DNA of 64,000 nucleotides from a virus. Lineage: Duplodnaviria > Caudoviricetes. The notes below the pieces were generated by a model, which had not been told where the DNA came from, did no database searches, and saw only the letters and a program-made list of their open reading frames with translations. Numbering within the stretch: the first letter of the stretch is position 1; every line of letters begins with the position of its first letter. Location of the stretch: IMG/VR virus record IMGVR_UViG_3300033405_000003. One strand, given 5' to 3'. Below, piece by piece: positions 45,535 to 54,818 of this stretch. A program made the translations under genes and the position numbers.

Positions 45535-45595
45535 GGAAGAATTCTGCGGATTCGAGGCCGCGGCCCGAGCTGCGCTAGACTGTTCCAAACGAGAG

Positions 45596-46075
45596 GTGGA
45601 CGAGATGGAGAGGATGAACCCAACACCCGTGGTCCTGGCAGCCGCCGTCGGCGGGCTCATCACGCACGCGAAGAAGAAGAGCGTCTGGGAGGGCGTGCTC
45701 TGGGGCGGCGGGAGCGCCTTGGCCGTCGCCCTGCTCCTCGGTCACAAGTACGTCCCGGGCCACTGGACCGGCCAGCTCCCGTCGCAACTCGAGCCCGCGC
45801 TCCCGGGCCAGATGACCTACAACCTCGACCCGCGAACCGACCCGCGTCTCGATCCCGTCTCGCGCCGGAGCCTCTACCCGGCGTGGCTCCTCGCGCACTG
45901 GCAGAACGGCGACCGCCGGATCATCGCCCAGATCCAGAGGCAGCTCGGGGTCGCCGGCGACGGCATCCCCGGAGGCTCTACCTCGGTCGCGATCCACGCT
46001 TTCCAGGCCCAGAACGGCCTCCAGACGACCGGTGAGATGGACATCCGGACGATGCAGGCGCTCACCTCCGGTTGA
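45596..46075 (+). CDS. membrane-anchored peptidoglycan-binding (PG_binding_1) protein
   Basis: TM hairpin, then IQRQLGVAGDGIPG..T..AI.AFQ.QNGL.TTG.MD..T..AL. Confidence 0.8.
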   Translation: MDEMERMNPTPVVLAAAVGGLITHAKKKSVWEGVLWGGGSALAVALLLGHKYVPGHWTGQLPSQLEPALPGQMTYNLDPRTDPRLDPVSRRSLYPAWLLAHWQNGDRRIIAQIQRQLGVAGDGIPGGSTSVAIHAFQAQNGLQTTGEMDIRTMQALTSG

Positions 46076-46088
46076 CGCGGGGTTTTTC

Positions 46089-46505
46089 GTGGCATGCACG
46101 TTCGAGGAGGCGATGGAGACGCGCCTGCGCACCTCGAAGACTGAGGCCGCGAGGGAGGCGCTCAAGCTCGCGAAGGACATGTACGTGGGCGACGCCATCG
46201 CACTCGTGATCGAGTCGCTGCCCGCGAACAAAACCCAGCAGCTCCGGCGCTGGAACGAGAGCTGGGAAGGCTGGTGCGAATGGATCGACTGGGTCGACCA
46301 GGGCTGGGACGTGAGGGACATCAGCCGCGGCATCGCGAGCGTCGTGCCGCCCGAAGGGTGGAAGCCCACGCAGCCGAACTACCAGCCGAGCCCGAGCGCG
46401 GAAGCTGTCGCGGCGGCGGTCGACGCTTCCGGTGCTAGGTTCCTGAACGTCGGGCACTACGCGGCCCGCGCGCCGTGGGTTCAGTTTCTCTACAGGATTC
46501 GCTGA
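46089..46505 (+). CDS. hypothetical protein, paralog family B
   Basis: DAIALVIESLPANKTQQLRRW. Confidence 0.6.
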   Translation: MACTFEEAMETRLRTSKTEAAREALKLAKDMYVGDAIALVIESLPANKTQQLRRWNESWEGWCEWIDWVDQGWDVRDISRGIASVVPPEGWKPTQPNYQPSPSAEAVAAAVDASGARFLNVGHYAARAPWVQFLYRIR

Positions 46506-46520
46506 GGAAGGACGGAGGAC

Positions 46521-46685
46521 ATGACGAAGAAGGACTACATCAAGGCCGCGGAGATCATCCGCAGCCACGGCTCGCCGGACAAGATGGTCGAGGCGTTCGT
46601 CGAGTTCTTCGTGGCCGACAACCCGCGGTTCGACGTGGACCGCTTCATCGAGGCTGCCATCGGCAAGCCGCGCGCGCGCCGCTAG
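46521..46685 (+). CDS. conserved small phage protein (54 aa, not in ORF track)
   Basis: GGAGG RBS; MTKKDYIKAA...DNPRFD.DRF..A. Confidence 0.75.
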   Translation: MTKKDYIKAAEIIRSHGSPDKMVEAFVEFFVADNPRFDVDRFIEAAIGKPRARR

Positions 46686-46689
46686 CGCC

Positions 46690-46980
46690 ATGAGCGACAA
46701 GCCCGAGAAGCTCCAGAAGCTCTGCAAAGGCGTGCGCGCGATCGGGCCGAGCTTCGAGATCCACCTCAAGCCCTCCGACCAGAACCCCGACGAGTGGGCC
46801 GTGATGGTCATCGCGGGCGGGGCGGCGATCCTCGTGAACACCGACTTCGCCCCCATCGAGGAGAGCGTCGACCAGGCGCTCCGGAGGCTCACCGCCATCT
46901 CCCAGAAGACGCTCGTCGCGGTCCGGCAGTCGAACCCGCCGCCAGCCCCGGACACCGAGAAGGAGAGCGACAAGAAATGA
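46690..46980 (+). CDS. hypothetical protein
   Basis: Codon bias. Confidence 0.65.
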   Translation: MSDKPEKLQKLCKGVRAIGPSFEIHLKPSDQNPDEWAVMVIAGGAAILVNTDFAPIEESVDQALRRLTAISQKTLVAVRQSNPPPAPDTEKESDKK

Positions 46981-47159
46981 AGATCACGACCACGGACGAG
47001 GGCGTGCTCGTCGAGACGGAGACGTCCGAGAGCTTCACGCCGCGCGTGACGCAGGCCGAGCGCGACGAGGCCGCTCGCGTGTTCGCCGAGACCGGCTGCG
47101 TCCCGGAGGACTACCACCGCAGGGCCGCGTCGGGTTATCTCATCATCCGAGGATCGTGA
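46977..47159 (+). CDS. hypothetical protein
   Basis: Coupled ORF. Confidence 0.55.
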   Translation: MKITTTDEGVLVETETSESFTPRVTQAERDEAARVFAETGCVPEDYHRRAASGYLIIRGS

Positions 47160-47776
47160 CCCCCGTCTTCCAGACCAAGTTCGGCGTGAACCGCTGGCCG
47201 TTCGAGCCTGGCGACTGCCTTTCGGCGTGCATCGCAAGCATCCTCGAGATCCCCATCCAGGAGGTGCCGGGCTTCGTCGACATGCGCGACGACCGGGACG
47301 GGCTCTGGGCCGAGAGGCTCGACGCGTGGCTCGGACCGATGGGCCTGCGGGCCATCTGCCTGCCCGCGCACGCTGTGGCCGCCTTACCGCCGGATCACCA
47401 CTGCATCTTTCACGGTCTGTCGGTGAAAGGGCATGAGCATGCGGTCGTCGCCATGGACGGCGAGATCGTCCACGACCCGCACCCGAGCCGCACGGGCCTC
47501 GCGCGGGTGGACGGCGTCATCCTCCTCGCCCTCCGAGCGCCGGAGTTCGTGGGCTCGGACTTCGAGTCCTTCCGCGCGAACGCCGAGCGGGTGCTCGACG
47601 ACATCGCGCGGTTCCGCAGCTCGCTCAGTCCGCACGACCTCGCGTTCGTGCAGATCGGCCTCCACGCCTCGCACATGGAGGAGGCCATCGTCGCGGGCGA
47701 CGAGCTTCGCGCCAAGGCGCACCTCCGCGCGCTCGTCGACCTCGTCCGCCGAGTGAGGGAGGGCGCCGGGACATGA
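47156..47776 (+). CDS. papain-like (C39-related) Cys-His-Asp peptidase-fold protein
   Basis: Q...GDCLSACIASIL, HAVV, HDPHP. Confidence 0.65.
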   Translation: MTPVFQTKFGVNRWPFEPGDCLSACIASILEIPIQEVPGFVDMRDDRDGLWAERLDAWLGPMGLRAICLPAHAVAALPPDHHCIFHGLSVKGHEHAVVAMDGEIVHDPHPSRTGLARVDGVILLALRAPEFVGSDFESFRANAERVLDDIARFRSSLSPHDLAFVQIGLHASHMEEAIVAGDELRAKAHLRALVDLVRRVREGAGT

Positions 47777-48138
47777 TGGTCCGCATCCGCGACCTCGCCA
47801 TGGACAGGTCGGGCGTCTTCGGGGCCTACGCGGACGTGCTACGCGGGACGAGGCCCGCGCCCGGCCACGAGCGTGACCCGGTCGAGCTGATCGAGTCGGG
47901 CGGCGCGCTCCACGTCGCGGACGGTTACCACCGGATCATGAAGGCGCTCTTCGAGGGCCGCGACCGCGTGATAGCCACCATCGTGAAGAGGAGCCGCATC
48001 CCCGAGCATCCCTCGTACTTCGATTGGCGCCGCGAGCCGGACTGGACTGATCCGGTGGACGTGTACAACCACCCGGACTTGCCGGGGTCCGCGGAAGGGC
48101 TCCTCTACCGCGCACTCGAGCGGCGCGGGCTCGTGTAG
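47773..48138 (+). CDS. ParB/Srx-like domain protein
   Basis: PVELI...LHVADGYHR...V.A. Confidence 0.6.
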   Translation: MMVRIRDLAMDRSGVFGAYADVLRGTRPAPGHERDPVELIESGGALHVADGYHRIMKALFEGRDRVIATIVKRSRIPEHPSYFDWRREPDWTDPVDVYNHPDLPGSAEGLLYRALERRGLV

Positions 48139-48141
48139 CCC

Positions 48142-48417
48142 GTGTTCTGGCTCGCCTCCTACTTCCTCTGCGGCGTCTTCTGGTGGCTCGGCATGATCGA
48201 TTTCGCGGAGCATCGGGAAACCTGGGGGAGCTTGCGCGGCCCAGCGAGGAAGTCGGCCTACGTGGGCATCCAGTTCGTCTTCGGGATGCTGCTCTGGCCC
48301 GTTGGGATCGCCGGCTGGGCGATCACGAAGGGATTCTTCGGCAAGCGCGCCAAGGCGAACCTCGAGAGGAGCACGAATGATCTCACGAGGGAGCTGGACG
48401 AGCGCGACCGTCGGTGA
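48142..48417 (+). CDS. two-TM membrane protein
   Basis: Hydrophobic helices; LLWP. Confidence 0.6.
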   Translation: MFWLASYFLCGVFWWLGMIDFAEHRETWGSLRGPARKSAYVGIQFVFGMLLWPVGIAGWAITKGFFGKRAKANLERSTNDLTRELDERDRR

Positions 48418-48436
48418 CAGAGTCGCTGACGGCGAC

Positions 48437-49150
48437 ATGACGGCGAGCATCGAGGTCATCCGCGGCGACTGCTTCCACGTCGACCTCCGGGAGCACATCG
48501 GCAAGGTCGACCTCCTCATTTGCGACCCGCCGTACGGCGAGATCCTCGACGAGGAATGGGACCACGAGTGCTACGCCGGGCTCGGCCACCTCGCGGAGGG
48601 CCTACTCGCCGCCGGCGGCACGGCGTACGTGTGGGGCGGCGTCGGCACGCACAAGAACCGTCCGTTCTTCAAGTGGCTCGCGGCCGTCGAAGACCAGACG
48701 GACCTCCGCCTCCACAACCTCATCACGTGGGGCAAGAAGCGCGCGTACGGCGTGCAGACGAACTACCTCTTCACGCGCGAGGAGGTCGCGATGCTCGTGA
48801 AAGGGGACAAGCCCAAGACGTTCAACGTGCCGCTCCTAGACGAGCTTCGCGGCTACGCCGGCTACAACAAGAAGTACCCGGCCAAGAGCGCGTACAAGCG
48901 CCGCACGAACGTCTGGACCGACGTGACCGAGCTTCTGCGGGGCAAGATCCACAAGGCCGAGAAGCCGGCCAAGCTCGCCGAGATCATGATCAGGACCTCG
49001 AGCAGACCCGGCGACCTCGTCGTCGACCTCTTCGCGGGCTCCGGCTCGACGGGGGTCGCGGCCCTCGCGGTCGGGCAGCGGAGGTGCCTGCTCGTCGAGA
49101 AGAGCGGCTGCGCGATGCACGCGCTCGATGTATCTTCGGAGACCGGATGA
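48437..49150 (+). CDS. orphan beta-class N6A/N4C DNA methyltransferase
   Basis: GDC, DLLICDPPY, H..EKP..L, VVDLFAGSGSTG. Confidence 0.9.
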   Translation: MTASIEVIRGDCFHVDLREHIGKVDLLICDPPYGEILDEEWDHECYAGLGHLAEGLLAAGGTAYVWGGVGTHKNRPFFKWLAAVEDQTDLRLHNLITWGKKRAYGVQTNYLFTREEVAMLVKGDKPKTFNVPLLDELRGYAGYNKKYPAKSAYKRRTNVWTDVTELLRGKIHKAEKPAKLAEIMIRTSSRPGDLVVDLFAGSGSTGVAALAVGQRRCLLVEKSGCAMHALDVSSETG

Positions 49151-49728
49151 AGAACTACCTCCTCTCCCCCGACGGCTTGACGCGCATCGACGACAAAGAT
49201 CTCGCGAGATGGCAGCTCCAGGGCAGCTTCATGCGGTCCGAGGGGCCCGTGCTCTTCCCCGTGGCGCTCGGCAGGCCGGAGGCCGACGCCGTCGAAGCGC
49301 TGCTCGCGCGCGGCGAGAATTTTGTCTTCTGGTTCACGCCCGACTTCCGCGTCGTCGTCTCGGGCAAACCGAACCGGTGGAAGGTCCGCTTCGAGCTGCG
49401 GGGCATGACGAGGAGCGGCAAGGCCGGCGTCCAGACGATGATCGTGGGAGGGAAGTTCGAGTCGTCGAAGGTCGTGGCCGTGATTGCCGAGGTCTTCGAG
49501 AGGAACCGCCAGAACCTGCCCGGCGCGGCGCCGGGCCCGGAGCTTTCGAAGCTCGTCGAGGACGCCAAGGACATGAGCGCGGAGAGGCGCGCACTCGCGG
49601 CGCAGGCCGCGGCGTCGAGCGCGGAGCGCGAGGTCCTGCTCGCCGCCATGGCGCCGGAGGATCGCGAGCGCGCCATCGCGGACTGGGCGCACAAGCTCGC
49701 GGGCGACGTCGCCCACCTCACGGACTGA
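49147..49728 (+). CDS. hypothetical protein
   Basis: Coupled ORF. Confidence 0.6.
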   Translation: MKNYLLSPDGLTRIDDKDLARWQLQGSFMRSEGPVLFPVALGRPEADAVEALLARGENFVFWFTPDFRVVVSGKPNRWKVRFELRGMTRSGKAGVQTMIVGGKFESSKVVAVIAEVFERNRQNLPGAAPGPELSKLVEDAKDMSAERRALAAQAAASSAEREVLLAAMAPEDRERAIADWAHKLAGDVAHLTD

Positions 49729-49730
49729 GC

Positions 49731-49988
49731 GTGAGCAAGCTCTCGAGCCGCGCGCTCAAGCGGGTCGTCGCGAAGCCGGCCGGGATGCGCGGCGCCGTGC
49801 TCGCGTACCTGATGCTCGGCGGCGCATTCAACATCCGCGACGACGGCGACGACGAGGACGCGTGGGATCGCGTCTCGAGGGCGCTCGACCGCGTTTGGCA
49901 CGAGCAGCTCACGGAGTACGAGCGCCTCGTGCTCAATTACGAGACGCGCATCGCGATGGCAGAGGCCCTGGGCGAACCGACCTGCTAA
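49731..49988 (+). CDS. hypothetical protein
   Basis: GTG start and codon bias. Confidence 0.55.
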   Translation: MSKLSSRALKRVVAKPAGMRGAVLAYLMLGGAFNIRDDGDDEDAWDRVSRALDRVWHEQLTEYERLVLNYETRIAMAEALGEPTC

Positions 49989-50248
49989 AGCTCGTCCACC
50001 GCGTAGAGGCCGTCATCGATCGCCACCCACGCGCTGAAGCCGTGGTCGTCCTGGATTTTGACCTCGGCCCCCCTCACGCCCACCACCGCCGCGAGGTCGA
50101 GGGGAACCCTCTTGCCGGGGAACCGGACGTTCTCGGGCAGCTTCGGCATACGATCGAGGGCAGACTTCTTCGCACGGAAGAAGACGATGACGCCGCGCCG
50201 CCGGAGCGCCTTCTCGAGGTCGCAGAGGGTCATGGGCCCGAACTTCAT
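49985..50248 (-). CDS. hypothetical protein
   Basis: ATGA-coupled to the upstream minus-strand lipoprotein. Confidence 0.55.
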   Translation of the reverse strand: MKFGPMTLCDLEKALRRRGVIVFFRAKKSALDRMPKLPENVRFPGKRVPLDLAAVVGVRGAEVKIQDDHGFSAWVAIDDGLYAVDEL

Positions 50249-50691
50249 TGGCACGAGCACCCGCACGCGAGCGACGAGCCCGCGGGGATGGTCCATTTGC
50301 ACGTGCAGCTCGATCCCGCGACGCCGCCCGCGGTCTTGCACTCGGAGTTCCTGTCCCACGTGCACGAGCTGGGCACGATGGTGAGCCCCGAGCTGAGCAC
50401 GGTGCCGCCGCATTTGTTCTGGCAGGCGCTATTGCCCGCGGGGCAGGAGCCGCCGGACTTGTCGTTGCAGAGTAAAGTGTCGATCGGCACCGCGACCGAG
50501 TCCTCGCGGCAGTCCGAGGGCAGCGTGCAGACGACCTGCGAGCCCGACGCGGGGCCGTTGACGGCTGGGATCGAGATGCTCGCGCACGCGTCCTTCGGCG
50601 GCGGGGGCGGCGGAGGCGGCGGGCAGCCTACCCACATGCTGAGCACGACGATGGTGGCGAGGGTCGTGGACGACCGCTCGAAGAGGGTCAC
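50245..50691 (-). CDS. Cys-rich lipoprotein
   Basis: MTLFERSSTTLATIVVLSMWVG-C, poly-Pro, then about 14 Cys; GTGA coupled. Confidence 0.7.
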   Translation of the reverse strand: MTLFERSSTTLATIVVLSMWVGCPPPPPPPPPKDACASISIPAVNGPASGSQVVCTLPSDCREDSVAVPIDTLLCNDKSGGSCPAGNSACQNKCGGTVLSSGLTIVPSSCTWDRNSECKTAGGVAGSSCTCKWTIPAGSSLACGCSCQ

Positions 50692-51146
50692 GCCCAGTCC
50701 TTTCCGAGCACGAGCCGCCTCACGTCGCGCGAGTCGTAGATCGTGGACGTCTCGAGCGTGCCGTCGACGTAGTTCTGCGCCTCGCCTTTGGCGTACTTGA
50801 TCTTCGCCTCGTCGGCGTCGGACTCGTACTCCTCCTCGTCGCCGATCCCTTCGTCGATCGCCTCCTGGAGGGCCTCGTTGTAGCGCTCGTCGGAGATCTG
50901 GTTCAGGTACCGGTCGAAGTCGTGCTTGGTCGAGACGTTGCCGCCGTCGTCGACGACGAGGTCGTCGCCCATGTTCTCGGACCACCAATCCTCGACGATC
51001 TCGGACGCCTTGCCGTAGCCCATCCCGCCGCCGGACCCGGGCCCGTGGTACAGGCTGAACTTCGCGTCGGCGAGCGCCTTCTTCACCCTCTTGGGCATGA
51101 GGTCGTGGACGTACTTCTCGATGTCCTTGTCGGTCGATCTTGACAT
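50688..51146 (-). CDS. acidic hypothetical protein
   Basis: GGAG RBS on the minus strand; D/E-rich. Confidence 0.7.
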   Translation of the reverse strand: MSRSTDKDIEKYVHDLMPKRVKKALADAKFSLYHGPGSGGGMGYGKASEIVEDWWSENMGDDLVVDDGGNVSTKHDFDRYLNQISDERYNEALQEAIDEGIGDEEEYESDADEAKIKYAKGEAQNYVDGTLETSTIYDSRDVRRLVLGKDWA

Positions 51147-51254
51147 GGTCGCTCCGCTAGCCTCGGTCTGCTAAAGCTACCACGTGCTCCCCGTGGCCAG
51201 AAAATCCCGGAACTCCACCCTCGCGCGCCTGATGGGCGCGAGCTGGAGGTCCAC

Positions 51255-51596
51255 ATGGAGAAGGAAAAGAAACGCGGCGAGCGACGCGAGCGCACCATCC
51301 GCTACGGGGGCCGCGCCCGCGCCGAGCACCTGCGCGTAGTCCACCCAGACGGCGCGATCGATTGCGTCTGTGAGCGCTCAACGTGGTGGTTCGCGAAGAA
51401 GAAATCCCTCGGCTGCTCGTGTAGGAAGCATGTGCGTGGTGGTTCCCCGAAGCTCGCGGGCTCGCTCTGCCACCTGTCGGGGAGCGAGCGCGGCTATCAC
51501 CCGACGGTCGTGGCTCGCATCGAGGGCAAGCAGCTCGCGGCGGCGTGGGTGAAAATGATCCGGTCAGGCGTCGAGCGCGACGACGTCGAGCTTTGA
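51255..51596 (+). CDS. basic Cys-containing protein
   Basis: GGAGG RBS. Confidence 0.6.
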   Translation: MEKEKKRGERRERTIRYGGRARAEHLRVVHPDGAIDCVCERSTWWFAKKKSLGCSCRKHVRGGSPKLAGSLCHLSGSERGYHPTVVARIEGKQLAAAWVKMIRSGVERDDVEL

Positions 51597-51618
51597 TGTG
51601 ATAAGAGGACCGCTTCCC

Positions 51619-51822
51619 ATGACCCCGATCGTCGAGCCCGAGCTGAGTTTCCTCCCGTTCTCCTGCGAATGCGGCGCGCGCACCGCGACCGCCGGCGACC
51701 TCGCGCTGCACAAGAGAGAGATCTGCCACCGGAGGTTCGACCGGAACCATAGGCAGCCGTCCATCTTCAGCTTCGAGCTTCCGGGTGGTCTCGGGATTTC
51801 CGACGGTGGCAGGAAAACCTGA
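51619..51822 (+). CDS. C2H/C Zn-finger small protein
   Basis: PFSCECG...LALHK..IC. Confidence 0.45.
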   Translation: MTPIVEPELSFLPFSCECGARTATAGDLALHKREICHRRFDRNHRQPSIFSFELPGGLGISDGGRKT

Positions 51823-51846
51823 ACGCGATGATACGATGATCGCCGC

Positions 51847-52095
51847 ATGGCGAACGGCGACGACGATCCGCCGAGCAGCGGGAGCGGCAACCAAAGCTCG
51901 CAGTTCCCGCCGCGCGTCTGCCCCAAGTGCAGGGGACGAGACATCCCGTGCGACCTCTGCAATGGGACGACGCCCGAGACGCGCGTCGTCAGCCGGTTCA
52001 AGGCCGCCGCGTTCCTCAGCTCGCACCCCGAGTACCACGACACGCCCGAGGAGTTCCCCGCTACCAAACCGCCGCGGGACGACGGCGAAGCGTGA
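51847..52095 (+). CDS. DnaJ-type Zn-finger small protein
   Basis: CPKCRG...CDLCNG. Confidence 0.6.
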   Translation: MANGDDDPPSSGSGNQSSQFPPRVCPKCRGRDIPCDLCNGTTPETRVVSRFKAAAFLSSHPEYHDTPEEFPATKPPRDDGEA

Positions 52096-52113
52096 CGAGA
52101 GAATAACGGTGAA

Positions 52114-52142
52114 TTGACGGCACCCCGGGCAGTGTCTACTCT
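52114..52142 (+). promoter_or_regulatory. sigma70-like promoter, leaderless start
   Basis: TTGACG-N17-TACTCT-N7-ATG. Confidence 0.65.
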
Positions 52143-52149
52143 CAGCGCG

Positions 52150-52947
52150 ATGAACCGTCCGCCCTACAGGCAACCGCCGCCGTACCCGCCGCAGCCATAC
52201 CCCCAGCAGCCGCAGCCGTACGGCCCGCCCGGCCAGTACCCGCCGCCCCCGCCGCAGCTCCCGCCGTCCGGGACCGTGGCCGCGGTCGCGTCGGTCACGC
52301 ACGCGCTCGTCGGGCAGAGCGAGCGGCGTTCCCTCGCGCACTTCGAGCAGATCGAGAAGTTCGGGCACGGCCTGCAGGACCTCCGCGCGGAGTGCCACGC
52401 GACGCTCACCGCGATGCGCGTCGACCCGCAGCGCGCGCAGCTCTTCGGCGAGTACCTGAACGCCATCCACGGCGAGGCGGAGGCGATCCGGAAGAACCTG
52501 CTCGAGGAGGCGGCGCAGCTCGAGAAGAACCTCCAGGCGTCGTACAGGCGCCTGCTCGACTACGGCCTGCCGATGATCATCTCTCAGGAGCCGATCGCCC
52601 CACCGCCGGCGATGGTCGACCCGCGAGACCCGCGCTTCGGCCGCGAGATGTTCGGGCCGCCGCCCGAGGCGCGCCCGCAAGCCGCCCCACGCCGCGCCCC
52701 AGCCCAGCCGCGGGTCATCCAGGGATCGCCGCCCCCGATGCCGGCGCGCGCCCCGGCGCCGAGACCCGAGCCGAAGCCCGAGGGCGTCACGCTGCCGCCC
52801 GCGGCGGCCTTCTCCGCGTTCGCGCGGCCAGCCGCGAAGCGCCCGGCTGCCCCCGCCGAGAAGGCGAAGGCGAACGGACCGGCCGCGCCCACCGCGCCGC
52901 CGGAGAGCGCGGAGAGCGAGAAGAACGACGGCCCGTCGCCGTCGTGA
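52150..52947 (+). CDS. Pro-rich protein with central coiled coil
   Basis: PPY/PQPY N-terminus, helical core, P/A-rich tail. Confidence 0.7.
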   Translation: MNRPPYRQPPPYPPQPYPQQPQPYGPPGQYPPPPPQLPPSGTVAAVASVTHALVGQSERRSLAHFEQIEKFGHGLQDLRAECHATLTAMRVDPQRAQLFGEYLNAIHGEAEAIRKNLLEEAAQLEKNLQASYRRLLDYGLPMIISQEPIAPPPAMVDPRDPRFGREMFGPPPEARPQAAPRRAPAQPRVIQGSPPPMPARAPAPRPEPKPEGVTLPPAAAFSAFARPAAKRPAAPAEKAKANGPAAPTAPPESAESEKNDGPSPS

Positions 52948-53021
52948 TTTCTCACGAATTGGACTAGGACGCCGGTTGAGTGAGATCCTCGGCGGAGCCG
53001 AGATGCGCAGGAGCAAGATCC

Positions 53022-53459
53022 ATGGACGACACCAAAAAAGAAGCGGCCTCGGCCAATACAGCGTCCCCGCCGGAAGCGGTCCCCGCCGCTGCCCGAGACG
53101 CCTCCGACAAAGCCGTCTTCTTCCGGCTCCTGCCGGGGCTCGCGGGGAGCTTCACGACCCAGTACAACGACGCCAAGACCATCAAGGACCTCGCGGTGCA
53201 GCTCGCGCGCGAGGAGACCGGTAGGCTCGCGGGCTTCGGCATCTGCAGGCTCGAGACGGTGTGCGCGGACGGCCAGGCCCTCGGGCTGCCGTCGCAGCCG
53301 TCGCCGCACGTGGCGGTGGCGCGCCCGCAGCCGGCGCCGCCGAGCGCCCAGCTCGAGGACGGGTCGCCCCCGCTCGCGAACACGAACGGCCGCGGGCTCC
53401 AGGGCCAGATGGTCGCCCACTTCCCGACGAACAACGTCACGAAGATCCAGGGCCTCTAA
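53022..53459 (+). CDS. hypothetical protein
   Basis: AGGAG RBS. Confidence 0.6.
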   Translation: MDDTKKEAASANTASPPEAVPAAARDASDKAVFFRLLPGLAGSFTTQYNDAKTIKDLAVQLAREETGRLAGFGICRLETVCADGQALGLPSQPSPHVAVARPQPAPPSAQLEDGSPPLANTNGRGLQGQMVAHFPTNNVTKIQGL

Positions 53460-53472
53460 GGCGCAATTCTCA

Positions 53473-53826
53473 TTGATTGAGAATTCGCCAGCCGAGGATC
53501 CGCTCCACTTGGTCTTCCAGGAGATGGCGGGCCTGCTCATCGAGCTGCACGCCAAGATCGCGGAGCGCGTGAAGGACCTCCCGGACGAGGAAGTCCTCCG
53601 CCTCGCGGAGGCGTGCGACAAGGAGAGCGAGCCCGGCGAGAGTCCGTTCGATGCCGGGTCCAGCAAGAACTTCCCGATGCCCGAGTGGGCCGAGGTCGCC
53701 AAGGTGCTCCGGAAGGAAGTGTGGCTCCGGCGCGCGCGCCGCGCGGCCGACAAGCACATGGCCGAGACCGGCGAGAGTTACTACTGCGTCTCGGATCACC
53801 TGGACGAGCTTGCCACCCACAAATAA
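53473..53826 (+). CDS. hypothetical protein
   Basis: Codon bias; start uncertain. Confidence 0.55.
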   Translation: MIENSPAEDPLHLVFQEMAGLLIELHAKIAERVKDLPDEEVLRLAEACDKESEPGESPFDAGSSKNFPMPEWAEVAKVLRKEVWLRRARRAADKHMAETGESYYCVSDHLDELATHK

Positions 53827-53883
53827 GGAGACGAGGACTGGCCGCCGTTACCGCGCCAAAACCCGCCGTGGTACGCTAGGCCC

Positions 53884-54309
53884 ATGACCCGTCGCGCCGG
53901 GAAAGAGGGCGAGGTGCCGTTCGTCATCAAGGAGGCGGGCAAGGCAGTCGAGCGCGACGTGAAGCCGACCATCAACTTGCTCGGCAAGCTCCTCTTCGAG
54001 AACTGGCCGAGGCCGGAACCGCCCCCGCCACCGCCCGCGCCGCGCGCCCAGAACGGGCCCGCGATCCCGAGCAAGCCCAAGGCCGTGCGCCTGCCCGCAT
54101 CGCAGGGACTCGTCATCCGGCAAGTGCGGGAACCCGGCCACGGCCCGCCGCCGTCGGCTGACCCCCCGGTCATCCTCGACGCCGAGATCATCGAGGAGCG
54201 CCCCGGCGCGCCGAACAATTCGCCAATTTGTGAGACGTGCGGGGGCGCTGGTAGGCTTGGGAGGCCTGGGCACGAAGTGCCCTGTCCCGTTTGCAATCCG
54301 GCGCGTTGA
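53884..54309 (+). CDS. Pro-rich protein with C-terminal DnaJ-type Zn finger
   Basis: CETCGGAG...CPVC; TGG-TACGCT 6 nt upstream. Confidence 0.65.
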   Translation: MTRRAGKEGEVPFVIKEAGKAVERDVKPTINLLGKLLFENWPRPEPPPPPPAPRAQNGPAIPSKPKAVRLPASQGLVIRQVREPGHGPPPSADPPVILDAEIIEERPGAPNNSPICETCGGAGRLGRPGHEVPCPVCNPAR

Positions 54310-54339
54310 GCCGTCGCCGGTCCCCGATAGGAGACGACG

Positions 54340-54807
54340 ATGTCAACAGTCCGCCAGATGCTCCCCAAGTTCGCAGAGCCCTTCACTGAGATCGTCGTCG
54401 GCGCGGGCCTCGGCGCACTCGCCGCGAAGTTCATGTTGAAGGGCGACGCGACGACTGGCGCGCTGGTCGGCGCCGTCGCCGGCTACGGTGTCATGCTCTC
54501 GAAGGCGAAGGGCGCGTTCCCCTTCACCGCCGTCTCGGGCGAATACGTGGGCGATTCCGTGACGCAGTTCCCCACCTACCAGCAGGGATATGCCCAGCCG
54601 TACGGCGGGTACCAGCTTCAACAGCAACCCGTGCAGCCCGCGGGGCAAGAGATCATCGAAGAGGTCATCCCAGAGTACATCCCCGAAGGCGGCGGTGATT
54701 GGGATCGCTGGCGCCGCCGCGAGCGCGGTTGGGGTCGCGGCTACGGCCGCGGTTATGGGCACGGCGGCTGGGGTCATGGCGGCTGGGGTCACGGCTGGCG
54801 CCGCTGA
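54340..54807 (+). CDS. TM-hairpin protein with GRGY/HGGWG low-complexity tail
   Basis: AGGAG RBS; GxxxG helices; GWGRGYGRGYGHGGWGHGGWGHGWRR. Confidence 0.75.
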   Translation: MSTVRQMLPKFAEPFTEIVVGAGLGALAAKFMLKGDATTGALVGAVAGYGVMLSKAKGAFPFTAVSGEYVGDSVTQFPTYQQGYAQPYGGYQLQQQPVQPAGQEIIEEVIPEYIPEGGGDWDRWRRRERGWGRGYGRGYGHGGWGHGGWGHGWRR

Positions 54808-54818
54808 TCGGAGTCAGC

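Noticed and set aside
48437-49728. Complete restriction-modification system
   Set aside because: No recognisable endonuclease motif in the flanking ORFs, so it is treated as an orphan methyltransferase.
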